Source: an uncultured Candidatus Binatia bacterium
GTDB taxonomy: Bacteria > Desulfobacterota > Binatia > UBA9968 > JAJDTQ01
NCBI GenBank assembly: GCA_964291295.2
Contig: OZ219754.1
Coordinates: 3,360,001 to 3,424,000, forward strand
Direction of reading: 5' to 3'
DNA: 64,000 nt
This document shows positions 18,335 through 28,261 of the stretch, piece after piece. Numbering within the stretch: the first letter of the stretch is position 1; each line of letters opens with the position of its first letter. The notes under the pieces were generated by a model. It was given only the letters and a program-made list of their open reading frames with translations, did not search any database and was not told the origin of the DNA. Made by a program: the position numbers and the translations under genes.

Positions 18335-19611
18335 AGCTGGAGCGTGTGGAGATCGAGAACTATCGTGCCATTGAGAGGCTCGATCTGCCGCTGAACCCCG
18401 GTTTGACCGTGTTTCACGGGGACAATGCGCATGGCAAGACCAGCGTCCTGAGCGCGATTGCGACCGGTCTCGGGAGCATTCCCATGCTCCTGCCCGGTGT
18501 GTCGGGGGTTGGTTTTCGCAGGACCGACGGTCACGACCCCTGGCGGGAGGTGAGGGTCGGACTGACGGCCCTCGACGGTGTGGCATGGGACCGGCGCATG
18601 CGCGGACCGCGGCGAACGACAGTCAGGCGGGATTTGAAGGACGCCATGGATGCCATCGCAAGTGCGGACCGGGAGGGAGCGGAACCTGTTGTCCTGCCCA
18701 TCGTGGCCTTTTACGACACCGACCGGGCGGTGTTCGATCAACCGCAACGTCGGAGAGGGTTCAAGGCCGAGTTTCCACGCTACGCGGCGTTGCAAGGCGC
18801 GCTATCCGCTCGCACCGATTTTCGGGACTTCTTCAAGTGGTTCTATGCCAAGGAGAACGAGGAACTCCGGGAGCAAAAGGAACGCCGGGACTTCAACCAT
18901 CGGCTCAACGATTTGAAGGCCGTGCGCAGGGCCATCGAAACCATGGTCCCCGGTGTATCCGGCCCCCGCATCGAACTCCGTCCCCTCCGGTTTGTCGTCT
19001 CCGTCGAGCCGAACGAGGGCAAACCGGAAAAGCTCTCGCTCGACCAGTTGAGCGGGGGTTACCGGATCATGCTCGCACTGGCGGCCGACCTCGCGCGGCG
19101 GATGGCCCAGGGGAATCCCCATCTCCACGATCCTCTCCAGTCGGAGGCGGTCGTGCTGATCGACGAGGTCGAACTGCACTTGCACCCTTCGTGGCAGCAA
19201 CGGATTCTCGCCGATCTCGCGAAGACCTTCCCCAATACCCAGTTCATCGTTTCCACCCACAGCCCGCAGGTTCTGACCACCGTCAAGCCGCAAAATATCG
19301 TGGAGCTTCGGCGGGAGCAGGGCAGAATCGTGGCCGTGCCGGCGTCTACCTCGGCCCCGACCTACGGCGCGGAGGCCGGTGATGTGCTGGCGACCGTGAT
19401 GGGAGTGGACGAACGGCCGGGCGGCAACGAGTTCTCGAAGAAGCTGGCGCGTTATACGGAACTTGTTGCGGATGGCAAGGGCGATTCCCCGAGCGCCGTC
19501 AGCTTGCGGCGAATACTGAACGAGTTGTCGCCGCGCGATCCCGCACTCGACCGAGCCGACATCGAGATCAGGCGGCGCAATCTGCTCAAGCGCATGGACC
19601 GATCCCGGTGA
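18331..19611 (+). CDS. PtuA-like ABC ATPase (Septu/retron-effector type)
   Basis: IENYRAI, HGDNAHGKT, LDQLSGGYR, LIDEVELHLHPSWQQ, STHSPQV. Confidence 0.88.
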   Translation: MKLERVEIENYRAIERLDLPLNPGLTVFHGDNAHGKTSVLSAIATGLGSIPMLLPGVSGVGFRRTDGHDPWREVRVGLTALDGVAWDRRMRGPRRTTVRRDLKDAMDAIASADREGAEPVVLPIVAFYDTDRAVFDQPQRRRGFKAEFPRYAALQGALSARTDFRDFFKWFYAKENEELREQKERRDFNHRLNDLKAVRRAIETMVPGVSGPRIELRPLRFVVSVEPNEGKPEKLSLDQLSGGYRIMLALAADLARRMAQGNPHLHDPLQSEAVVLIDEVELHLHPSWQQRILADLAKTFPNTQFIVSTHSPQVLTTVKPQNIVELRREQGRIVAVPASTSAPTYGAEAGDVLATVMGVDERPGGNEFSKKLARYTELVADGKGDSPSAVSLRRILNELSPRDPALDRADIEIRRRNLLKRMDRSR

Positions 19612-20357
19612 AACACATCCGGGCGCTGGATGGGCCAACCCCCGGTCTGGCCGACTATCTGGCCTGCGATGGTGGGCACGCGAGTTGGGAGGGATTCCAC
19701 AGTCACCGGGCGGGTGCGGCCTACCGTGAAATCATTGAGACGCTCTGTTCCATCCAGCACGGGCTGTGCGGATACTGCGAGATCGACATCACCGAACGCG
19801 ACAAGCAGGTCGAGCACGTCATACCACGGAGCAATCCGCTTCAAGGCGTGGCTCGTGCCCTCGACCCGACCAACATGATCGCCTGCTGCAAGGGCGGCAC
19901 TCGTGAGACTGACGATCCGATGCGATGGCTGGAACCCGCCCGGCGCAATCGCAGTTGCGGAGAAGCCAAGGGCAATCGGACAGACGCGGATTTCGTCGAT
20001 CCAAGGACTTTGACCGACTTGCCGTCACTGACACGGGTGAGCTTCGACGGCCGAATCAGAGCCGATGCCGAGTCGTGTGACCGTTGCGGGATTCCTGTTG
20101 CCAGGATGGAGAAAACGATCGAGATACTCGGACTGAACATTGAGCGGTTGCGGCGAGCACGAGAAAAACACTGGAACGCGCTGACCGACAACTGGGAGTT
20201 GAAGACGGACGATCCCTTGATGATCGAAGCGGCTGCAAGAGCAGAGCTTCTTCCGGGCAAGAACAGTCGCCTGCCGCGATTCTTCACCACAAGCCGAAGC
20301 TACTTTGGCGTGTACGCCGAGAGGGTTCTTTCGGAACCTCCACGGGACTGGATATGA
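19608..20357 (+). CDS. PtuB-like HNH endonuclease
   Basis: GTGA overlap; QHGLCGYCE, VEHVIPRS, NMIACC, SCGEAKG, TIEILGLN. Confidence 0.88.
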   Translation: MKHIRALDGPTPGLADYLACDGGHASWEGFHSHRAGAAYREIIETLCSIQHGLCGYCEIDITERDKQVEHVIPRSNPLQGVARALDPTNMIACCKGGTRETDDPMRWLEPARRNRSCGEAKGNRTDADFVDPRTLTDLPSLTRVSFDGRIRADAESCDRCGIPVARMEKTIEILGLNIERLRRAREKHWNALTDNWELKTDDPLMIEAAARAELLPGKNSRLPRFFTTSRSYFGVYAERVLSEPPRDWI

Positions 20358-20384
20358 GCCGATGTCCGACACCCGTCTGATCGA

Positions 20385-20560
20385 GCGTTGGCTGCCGATC
20401 GGGACCGCCCGCGACGAGGCAGAAACCCACATGCTCGGACCCGGCGGCATGCTCGGCAGCAAGACCCCGGCTCCCGTGTACCAGGAACTCCACGGCTTGA
20501 TGCCGGCCCATTACGCCGTGCGCCGCCTCATCCAAGAGGCCGCACGAAGATCCGGATCGG
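20385..20560 (+). pseudogene. IS4-family transposase C-terminal remnant
   Basis: ERW..TARDEAETHML...SKTPAPVYQELHGLM.AHYAVRRLIQEAAR fits the IS4 RWEIE..DE.KTH..LRSKTP..V.QE pattern. Confidence 0.6.
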
Positions 20561-21643
20561 CTATCCTTCCTTCACGCCGTGAACGTCGCCCGTCGCCTTC
20601 GGTCCGTACTCCACGACCGCTTGCGCCACGGCCCCGCACCATCCCGCGAGCGCATCCACTTGATCATCGGTGAACGCCCGGTCGATCGGGCATTTCAATT
20701 CGCTGCCCGCAGGCATGAACAGCCTCGTCGCGTCCGCGGCGGTCCGAAGTCGGTTGATAGCCTCGGGGGGAGCACTTGTCTTCCCTGCGATGCCGTAACC
20801 GTCAGCCAAGGCCGTGTAGAGCGTCTGCTTGTTCCCTGAAGAGGGTGGGTAGCAGTAGCAGACGACCACGCGCGCTCCGTTGACCTCGACACCGACCGTG
20901 AAACTCGTGTCTCGTATTCTGACGGACATCGACCGGCTGCGTGCCAGTTCGAGAATTCTGGAGAAGACACGTTTCCCGTGCTCGTCGCATTTCTTCAGGA
21001 AGTCGCCTTCCGAAACCACGGGCGGTGGTTTGGACGCCACGTGGCGCGGCTTTACGTCTCCTACCCCGACGACGGTCTCCTGAGACAGCAGACGACCGCC
21101 CTCGGCAGCCTTGAAGAAGGCGAACTCGACGCACGTCACGCGGACGCCCTTGGATCCAAGGAACGAGGCCGTCTGCCTGATCGCCGGCGTCACCTGCTGT
21201 CCGACAACCACGATGCGTTGGTCCTGGTTGAACGCGACGGCTTCCGATGGATCGACGCTGAAACAGTCCCGGTGGCAGTCGGCAAGACTGAGTGATTCGT
21301 CCTGCTCGTGGCGGCGGAGGATGCACTCCAGCGTGTCCACATCCAGCCGCGCGGCGAACGCGGCGTATTCGAGTGCCTGGGCGAGGACATCCCGCGGCGT
21401 GCGGTCTCGCTTCAGTTCCACCACGACCACATTCCCCTCGCGGTCTACGCCGAGGAGGTCGATGAGCCCGCCGAGGTCGGTTCGCACCTGGCGCCCGAGG
21501 ATCAGAATCCGGCCGTCCTCGAGAATCTTGTCGGGATTGGACACCAGCCACTGTTCAAGGACGGATTCCTGATGATCGACCTCGAACGGCAACTGTTCGT
21601 ATTCCGTGAAATCGCCGTCGGAACCAACGCGGAAGAGTCTCAT
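20561..21643 (-). CDS. PD-(D/E)XK nuclease, NucS/DUF91-like, with an extra C-terminal domain
   Basis: ESVLEQWL..NP, IDLLGVDREGNVVVVELKR, VLAQALEYA. Confidence 0.8.
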   Translation of the reverse strand: MRLFRVGSDGDFTEYEQLPFEVDHQESVLEQWLVSNPDKILEDGRILILGRQVRTDLGGLIDLLGVDREGNVVVVELKRDRTPRDVLAQALEYAAFAARLDVDTLECILRRHEQDESLSLADCHRDCFSVDPSEAVAFNQDQRIVVVGQQVTPAIRQTASFLGSKGVRVTCVEFAFFKAAEGGRLLSQETVVGVGDVKPRHVASKPPPVVSEGDFLKKCDEHGKRVFSRILELARSRSMSVRIRDTSFTVGVEVNGARVVVCYCYPPSSGNKQTLYTALADGYGIAGKTSAPPEAINRLRTAADATRLFMPAGSELKCPIDRAFTDDQVDALAGWCGAVAQAVVEYGPKATGDVHGVKEG

Positions 21644-21699
21644 GGTTGCCCATGCCATCGGGCGTCGCCGGGCCTGCATCCAGGGTGAACGTGCTTCCC

Positions 21700-21876
21700 G
21701 CACGGCCTCCGGCCACCGCGGTCTCCTCGTGGCGGCACACGATGATATCCGAGTGGTTGCAGATCACCAGCGAATCGTGAATGCCGCGAAAGCCCGCCCC
21801 GGGATTCAGCGCGGCGTACCTTGTCCCCAGGCTCCCTGAACATGTCCACGATCAGGTCGGAGCCGCATTCCGCCAT
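21700..21876 (-). pseudogene. N-terminal remnant of a thiamine-pyrophosphate enzyme
   Basis: MAECGSDLIVDM then, after a frameshift, YAALNPGAGFRGIHDSLV...IIVCRHEETAVA; truncated before the nuclease gene. Confidence 0.7.
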
Positions 21877-21913
21877 GTCAAAATTCGTTTCGTGGACTGC
21901 TCGTTCCGGTACG

Positions 21914-21972
21914 GCGCCGGTCACTCGCCGCGCCACTGCGGCGCCCGCTTCTCCACGAAGGCCTGCGCGCCC
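21914..21972. repeat. 59-bp direct repeat copy 2
   Basis: Overlaps the hydratase stop; matches 17838-17896. Confidence 0.85.
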
Positions 21973-22706
21973 TCCTTGATGTCCGAGGTGGTCCTCAGCA
22001 GCGCTGACAGGTCGGTCTCCAGACGCAGGCCGTCGTCCAGGGACATCTCGTAGCCTTCGCGCACCGCCTCCTTGGCGAAGACCACGGCCAGCGGCGCGTT
22101 GGCGGCCATGGCCCGGGCGTACTCCTCGGCCGTGGCCATGAGCCGGTCGCGCGGCACCACCTTGTTCACGAGGCCGATGCGGCCGGCTTCCCGGGCGTCG
22201 ATGACGCTGCCGGTGAGGATCAGCTCCAGCGCCTTGCCGAGTCCCACGACCCGCGACAACCGCTGGGTGCCGCCGCTCCCCGGGATCATGCCGCGGGAAA
22301 CCTCGGGGAGACCCAGCTTCGCCTCTTCCACCGCCACCCGGATGTCGCAGGCCAGCGCCAGTTCGCAACCGCCGCCCAGGGCGAAACCGTTGATGGCCGC
22401 GATGACCGGCTTGTGGAGCCGGGCGATCATCTCGGTGTCGCTGATCTCCAGCTTGGCCTGCCGGGCCGCCACCACCCCGACCTGCTCCCGGGCGGCCTCC
22501 TTGAGGTCCCTGCCGGCCGAGAAAGAGCGATCCCCGGCGCCGGTGATGATGGCCACCCGCACCTCCGGGTCCGCCCGGATGATACCGACGGCATCGATGA
22601 GTTCCTCGCGCATCTGCCGGTTGCGCGCATTCAGCACCTCCGGACGGTCCAGCGTCACGCGGGCGATGCCGTCCCGGCGCTCGAATCGTATGGTTCCGTA
22701 GTCCAT
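21921..22706 (-). CDS. Enoyl-CoA hydratase/isomerase
   Basis: LDRPEVLNA, FSAGRDLKE, INGFALGGGCELALACD, LGLPEV..G.IPG.GGTQRL. Confidence 0.93.
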   Translation of the reverse strand: MDYGTIRFERRDGIARVTLDRPEVLNARNRQMREELIDAVGIIRADPEVRVAIITGAGDRSFSAGRDLKEAAREQVGVVAARQAKLEISDTEMIARLHKPVIAAINGFALGGGCELALACDIRVAVEEAKLGLPEVSRGMIPGSGGTQRLSRVVGLGKALELILTGSVIDAREAGRIGLVNKVVPRDRLMATAEEYARAMAANAPLAVVFAKEAVREGYEMSLDDGLRLETDLSALLRTTSDIKEGAQAFVEKRAPQWRGE

Positions 22707-22783
22707 GTCGCTCCTCGTTGTCGTTCCCGCATCCGGTGTCGTTGCAACTCCGGCGCCAACCCCCGTTTCCGCGGCCCTGCGGT

Positions 22784-23905
22784 TCAGCCGCGCCGATCCA
22801 GCGGTTCGAATGCGAGACCCGCCGCGCCCACGTAGCGTGCGTTGGGCCGGAACAGGCGGTTGTGGTCGAGCTGTTCGATGACGTGCGCCGACCAGCCCAC
22901 GGCCCGGCTCATGGCGAAGATGGGCGTGTTGAGGCTGACGGGGATCTTCATCATGTGGTAGATGGGAGCGGCGTAGAAGTCCACGTTGGGGCAGAGGTTC
23001 TTCTCCCGGCGCATCACCTCCTCGACGGCGGTACAGATGTCGCTCAACCGGGTATCGTCGAGTTGCCTGCCGAGCAACGCGCCCCACTTCCGGGCCACCG
23101 CCACCCGTGAGTCCGCGGTCTTGTAGATACGATGGCCGAAGCCCATGACGCGCCTCTTCTGTCGCAGGCTTTCCCGCACCCACGCCTCGGCCCGGGCCGG
23201 TTCCCCGATCTCCAGGACGACGTCCAGGGCCTTCTCGTTGGCGCCGCCGTGAAGCGGTCCCTTGAGCGCCGCGATGGCCCCCACCACCGCGCCGTAGAGA
23301 TCCGCCAGCGTGGAGGCGATGACCCGGGCGGTGAACGTGGAGGCGTTGAACTCGTGCTCCATGTAGAGGATGAGCGTCACCTCCAGCACCTTGGCCTCGA
23401 ACGCATCCGGCCGCTCGCCGCGCAGCATGTAGAGAAAGTTCGCCGCGTGGTTGAGTTCCGGGTCCGGCGCCACCACCTCCAGGCCCCGGGAGAGCCGGTG
23501 CAGCGCCGCCACCATGGAGGGCAGGCGCGCCAGCAGCCGGGTGGCCTTTCTCAGATTGGCGCCGCGGGAGTCGTCGCCGGCGTCGGGGTCGTAGAGTGCC
23601 AGCACGGAAACCGCGGTGCGAAGGGCATCCATGGGAACCGCGTCCGAAGGGAGCCGTTCGAGGCTTTCGATCACCCCCGGCGGCAGCGCCCGTCGAGAGC
23701 GCAGTTCCGCATCGAAGGCCGCCAACTCGGCCCGGGCGGGAAGCCTGCCGAACAGCACCAGGCAAGCCACCTCTTCGAAGCCCGCCTGCTCCGCCAGGTC
23801 GTGCACGTCATAGCCGCGGTAGACCAGCTTGCCTTCCGGGCGCACCGAACAGATGGCCGTCTCGCCGGCCACGACCCCTTCCAACCCGGCCTTTGTCTCT
23901 GCCAT
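22784..23905 (-). CDS. Citrate synthase / 2-methylcitrate synthase
   Basis: GLEGVVAG, EHEFNASTF, GPLHGGANE, MGFGHRIYK, PNVDFY. Confidence 0.92.
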   Translation of the reverse strand: MAETKAGLEGVVAGETAICSVRPEGKLVYRGYDVHDLAEQAGFEEVACLVLFGRLPARAELAAFDAELRSRRALPPGVIESLERLPSDAVPMDALRTAVSVLALYDPDAGDDSRGANLRKATRLLARLPSMVAALHRLSRGLEVVAPDPELNHAANFLYMLRGERPDAFEAKVLEVTLILYMEHEFNASTFTARVIASTLADLYGAVVGAIAALKGPLHGGANEKALDVVLEIGEPARAEAWVRESLRQKRRVMGFGHRIYKTADSRVAVARKWGALLGRQLDDTRLSDICTAVEEVMRREKNLCPNVDFYAAPIYHMMKIPVSLNTPIFAMSRAVGWSAHVIEQLDHNRLFRPNARYVGAAGLAFEPLDRRG

Positions 23906-24300
23906 CGCTGCCTCCCCGCGCCCGCGTACCGGACACCCCGCAAGAACGCTGTCGGACACTTACTCCAACAGGCGATGGCGTTCAACCGGCATCGGACGCC
24001 TCCTCCATTCCCGCATCGCCGCGTCCCTGCCGTACTCCGGTCCCAGGGCCTTGCACCGCCGCCTTTGCGGCCTCCCGTCCTTGACGGGCCGTGACGGCAT
24101 CACGGGCGGCGGCCTTGGACAGGCGGGCGACAACGCCGGGAAACCATCGTCCGCATCCGCCGGGCGGTCCCGGCGTTCAGGGGAGCGGCCGCGTGGAGAA
24201 CCTCGCGGCACGCCAGCCACTGTTGAAACGGCGTGCGGACTGGTCTATCGTACGCCCGTCGAATCGCGTCGAATCTGTCTGTCCGACAAGGAGGATCCCC

Positions 24301-25344
24301 ATGTTGCGACGAAGGGTCTGGATCGGGCTCGTCACGGCCGTGCTGTCGTCGTTCGCAAGCGCTGTCATGGCCGAATCGTTCTACGACGGCAAGACGGTCA
24401 AGATCGTGTCGGTGCATGCGCCGGGCGGCGGCTACGACACCTACTCGCGCCTGTTCGCGCGTCACCTGGGCAAGCACCTGCCCGGCAAACCCAAGGTGAT
24501 CGTCATCAACATCCCCGGCGGCAGCGGCCTCATCGGCACGAACTACGTGTTCAATGTGACGAAACCGGACGGCCTTACCCTTGTCCAGCCCAGTTGGGGC
24601 CTCGCACAGGCACAGTTCCTGAACTTCCCCGGGATCAAGTACGACGTCAACAAGTTCATCTGGCTGGGGCTCGCCAATGCCGGTCCCGTCACCGTGGTGG
24701 TGCGCAAGGGATCCCCGGTCCGGAGCATGGACGATTGGCTGGATCCCGGGACCCGGACGCTGATCTTCGGCTGTACGTCACGCAACAGTCCGACCTGCAG
24801 CATCCCCTTGGCCATGAACGACATCTTCGGTCCCACCACCTCCAGGATCGTGCCGGGCTACCGGGGCACGGCGCCGATCCGCGCCGCGCTGTTGCAGAAC
24901 GAAGTGGACGCCCTTACCGGATGGAGCTGGGACTCGGTGAAGTCCACGGGCATGTCCATGATCGATGAGGGCGCGGCCAGCATCATCGCCTACATCGGCG
25001 AGGAACGCCATCCGGAACTCGAGGCGCGCAACGTCCCGTATCTGAACCCCCGCATCACCCGGGCGAACGACATCGCCTTCATGAAGGTACTGATGCTGCC
25101 GGCGGCCATGCTGCGGCCCTGGGCGCTGCCGCCCGGAACCCCGCAGGACAAGGTCCGGATCGTGCAGACGGCCTTCGACGCCACCTTGAAGGATCCCGCG
25201 TTCCTGGCGGACGCCCGACGGGCGCGGCTGGACATCAACCCCAGGAGCGGCGGGTATCTCGTGAATCTCATGAACGACATGAAGAACCGGATGACGCCGG
25301 AGATCGTCAGCCGGGCACGGAAGATCATCGGCCTGGACAAGTAG
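24301..25344 (+). CDS. Tripartite tricarboxylate transporter substrate-binding protein (Bug/TctC-like)
   Basis: AGGAGG RBS, signal peptide, FYDGKTV, PGGGYDTYSR, NIPGGSG, KPDGLT, GYRGTA. Confidence 0.88.
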   Translation: MLRRRVWIGLVTAVLSSFASAVMAESFYDGKTVKIVSVHAPGGGYDTYSRLFARHLGKHLPGKPKVIVINIPGGSGLIGTNYVFNVTKPDGLTLVQPSWGLAQAQFLNFPGIKYDVNKFIWLGLANAGPVTVVVRKGSPVRSMDDWLDPGTRTLIFGCTSRNSPTCSIPLAMNDIFGPTTSRIVPGYRGTAPIRAALLQNEVDALTGWSWDSVKSTGMSMIDEGAASIIAYIGEERHPELEARNVPYLNPRITRANDIAFMKVLMLPAAMLRPWALPPGTPQDKVRIVQTAFDATLKDPAFLADARRARLDINPRSGGYLVNLMNDMKNRMTPEIVSRARKIIGLDK

Positions 25345-25414
25345 GAAGGCGGGAAGCCGGGACGCTTCGTGCGACCCCGCGGATTCCCGGACCCGCGCGG
25401 ACAAGGAGGCAATC

Positions 25415-26569
25415 ATGTCGAACCTCTCGGGAAAGTACGCCGTGGTGGGCGTGGGCGAGACCCGGGTGGGCAAGCGGCCGGAAGCCACCACCCACTCGCT
25501 GCATCTGGAAGCCATACGCCTGTGCCTTGAGGACGCCGGCGTCGACACCTCCCAGGTGGACGGCCTGCTCACCAACCAGCCGCTCACCGACGCCCACCGG
25601 AGCTACGCCGTGCGTCTCGCGCACATGGCGGGCATCGACCCCAGCTATGCCACCGACCTGGCATTGGGGGGTGCCACCCCCATCGCGATGATCCAGAACG
25701 CGGTGATGGCCATCGAAGCCGGCATGGCCCGCTACGTGGTATGCGTCCACGCGCGCAAGCGGGCGACGCCAGACCCCACGCCGGGCTTTCCCATCCGCAG
25801 CGGTGACGAGCACTGGGAGCAGCCTTGGGGGCATTTCTCCGCGGTCGCCAATCACGCATTCGCGGCCACACGTCACATGCACGAGTTCGGCACCACGAGC
25901 GAGGATCTGGGCCAGATCGCCGTGTCCACGCGCAAGCACGCATGCCTGAACGGCAACGCCGCCATGCGGAAACCCATGACCATCGAGGACCACCAGGCCT
26001 CGCGGTTCATCGTGGAGCCGCTCCACCTGTTCGACTGCTCGCTGGAGTCGGACGGCGGCGCGGCCCTGCTGGTGACCGACATGGAGCGAGCCAGGGACCT
26101 TCCCAGGAAGCCGGTGCAGGTGCTGGGCATGGGACAGCACCACCCCCACTCCAGCGTCATGGATGCGCCCACCCTCACCACCCTGGGGAGCCGGAAGTCG
26201 TCGGAGGCCGCCTACCGGATGGCCGGGCTCGGACCCGGGGAGATGGACTTCGCCCAACTCTATGACTGCTTCACCATCACCACGATGATCACCATCGAGG
26301 ACTACGGCTTCTGCGACAAGGGCGAGGGCAAGGACTTCGTCAAGGACGGCCGCATCGAGGTGGGCGGCGAGATCCCGGTGAACACGCACGGCGGGTTGCT
26401 GTCGCAGGCCCATCTCGAGGGCATCCTGCACGTCACGGAAGGCGTCCGGCAGCTGCGTGGCAACGAGGTGGAGCCGGAGCGTCAGGTCCAGGGGGCCAGG
26501 GCCGGCATCATCAGCGGCCACGGCGGCAGCCTCAGCATGCACGCATCACTCATATTGGGGGTATCATGA
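25415..26569 (+). CDS. Thiolase-like (SCP-x type) protein
   Basis: VVGVGET, PLHLFDCSLESDGG, QLYDCFT, VNTHGGLLS; paired with an OB-fold partner. Confidence 0.9.
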   Translation: MSNLSGKYAVVGVGETRVGKRPEATTHSLHLEAIRLCLEDAGVDTSQVDGLLTNQPLTDAHRSYAVRLAHMAGIDPSYATDLALGGATPIAMIQNAVMAIEAGMARYVVCVHARKRATPDPTPGFPIRSGDEHWEQPWGHFSAVANHAFAATRHMHEFGTTSEDLGQIAVSTRKHACLNGNAAMRKPMTIEDHQASRFIVEPLHLFDCSLESDGGAALLVTDMERARDLPRKPVQVLGMGQHHPHSSVMDAPTLTTLGSRKSSEAAYRMAGLGPGEMDFAQLYDCFTITTMITIEDYGFCDKGEGKDFVKDGRIEVGGEIPVNTHGGLLSQAHLEGILHVTEGVRQLRGNEVEPERQVQGARAGIISGHGGSLSMHASLILGVS

Positions 26570-27006
26570 GCAAACCACACGACGAACGCGGGCGCGCGGT
26601 GCCGCGCGCCGAACCGTTTCTCGCGGAGGTGGAGGCCAGGCCCTTCTGGGACAATCTCAGGGAACACATGCTCACGGTGCAGCGGTGCAACGCCTGCCAA
26701 GCCTACTTCAGCTTCCCGCCGCAGGCGCTGTGCGCCCGATGCCTGTCGCCGGACAACGCCTGGGTGCCGGTGAGCGGCAAGGGCACCGTCTATTCCTTCG
26801 TCACCTATCACCGGGCCTGGCACCCGGCCTACCGGGACCGGATTCCCTACAACGTCTCGCTCATCGATCTCGACGAGGGGCCGCGGCTCGTGAGCAACGT
26901 CGTCGACATCCCGCCGGACGCGGTGCAGGTGGGGATGGCGGTGGAGGTGGTGTTCGACGATCAAGGAGAGTTCACGCTGCCGAAGTTCAGGCCGAGCACT
27001 GCGTGA
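26566..27006 (+). CDS. Zn-ribbon/OB-fold acyl-CoA-binding protein (DUF35/ChsH2-like)
   Basis: QRCNAC..CARC, SGKGTVYSF, DLDEGPRL. Confidence 0.9.
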   Translation: MSKPHDERGRAVPRAEPFLAEVEARPFWDNLREHMLTVQRCNACQAYFSFPPQALCARCLSPDNAWVPVSGKGTVYSFVTYHRAWHPAYRDRIPYNVSLIDLDEGPRLVSNVVDIPPDAVQVGMAVEVVFDDQGEFTLPKFRPSTA

Positions 27007-27046
27007 ACGAGCACGTCCTGAAGGATGACGCCGCGGACGGCAAGGG

Positions 27047-28261
27047 CTACGCCAGCACTCCCTCCTCTTGCCACTTCCTGATGGCGTCGTCGTCGTAGCC
27101 AAGCACGTCGCGCATCACCTGCGCGGTGTGCGCGCCCAGCGGCGGGGTGAGAGGGATGTCCTCCTCCGGCATGTCCTTGAAGATGAGGCCGCCGCGGGGC
27201 ACCTCGAAGGGGCCGATGGGGGAATCGTCGTACTTCTGGAAATAGTCCCGGTGGCGAAGCTGGGGATCGTTGATCAGGTCGATGCCGTTCTGCACCACGC
27301 CGGCGGCGACGCCGGCCGCCTGCAGCCGGTGCGCGACATCCTCCACCGTCTCGGTGGCCAGCCATTCGGACATGAGCGCGTCCAGTTCGCCGGCATGGCG
27401 GCGGCGCTCCAGGCAGGTGGCGAAGCGGCGGTCCTCCACCAGCGCCGGCCTGCCCATGACGCCGCACAGGCGGCGCCACTCCTCGTCGCTGTTCACCGAC
27501 ACCACGCACCAGCGCTCCTCCCCCTGGCAGCGATAGCAGCCGTGGGGGGCCGCGGTGAGGCTCCGGTTGCCCCGGGGCTCGGGGTCGACGCCGTTGAGGC
27601 TCGACTCCAGGTAGCTCGCTCCGAGGGCATAGCCGGTCAACTCGCCCTGGGAGACGTCGATGGCGCAACCCTTGCCGGTGAGCCGCTGGCGCAACAGGGC
27701 GGCCACCATGAGGGTGGGTCCGGAAATGAAGCCCAGATGGTCGGGATAGACGCCCTGGTTGCCCACGGGGCGCTCCTGACCGGGATGGTTCCACAGGTAG
27801 GTCATGCCGCTGAAGGCGTTCAGATTGAAGCCCCAGGTGCCGTACCGATGCTTGGGTCCGGTCTCGCCCAGGCCCGGCATCTTCAGGATGACGATGGCAG
27901 GGTTCACTTTCCTGAGCTCGTCGTCGCCGAGGCCGAGGCGGTCCAGCACCCGGGGCCGGAAGTTGACCAGCACCGCGTTGGACCTGGCCGCCAACTCCCG
28001 GACGATCCTCTTGCCATCGTCATGCTTGACGTTGACGGTCATGGACCGTATCGCCAGATTGCATTCGACGAAGCGCGGCGAGGTGTTCACGTCGCTGCCC
28101 TGGCCGTAGTGCCTGAACGTGTCCAGCCCGCCCGGACTGGACTCCACCTTGATGACCTCCGCGCCGTACTGGGCCAGCAGCCGGCCGGCATAGGGGCCCG
28201 CGTATCCGGTGGTGAACGCGATGATCCGCACGCCTTCGAGAATCCGGTTGGGGCTGGGCAT
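27047..28261 (-). CDS. CoA transferase, CaiB/BaiF family III
   Basis: LEGVRII, AGPYAG, GAEVIKVE, NFRPRVLDRLGL, APHGCYRC. Confidence 0.9.
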   Translation of the reverse strand: MPSPNRILEGVRIIAFTTGYAGPYAGRLLAQYGAEVIKVESSPGGLDTFRHYGQGSDVNTSPRFVECNLAIRSMTVNVKHDDGKRIVRELAARSNAVLVNFRPRVLDRLGLGDDELRKVNPAIVILKMPGLGETGPKHRYGTWGFNLNAFSGMTYLWNHPGQERPVGNQGVYPDHLGFISGPTLMVAALLRQRLTGKGCAIDVSQGELTGYALGASYLESSLNGVDPEPRGNRSLTAAPHGCYRCQGEERWCVVSVNSDEEWRRLCGVMGRPALVEDRRFATCLERRRHAGELDALMSEWLATETVEDVAHRLQAAGVAAGVVQNGIDLINDPQLRHRDYFQKYDDSPIGPFEVPRGGLIFKDMPEEDIPLTPPLGAHTAQVMRDVLGYDDDAIRKWQEEGVLA

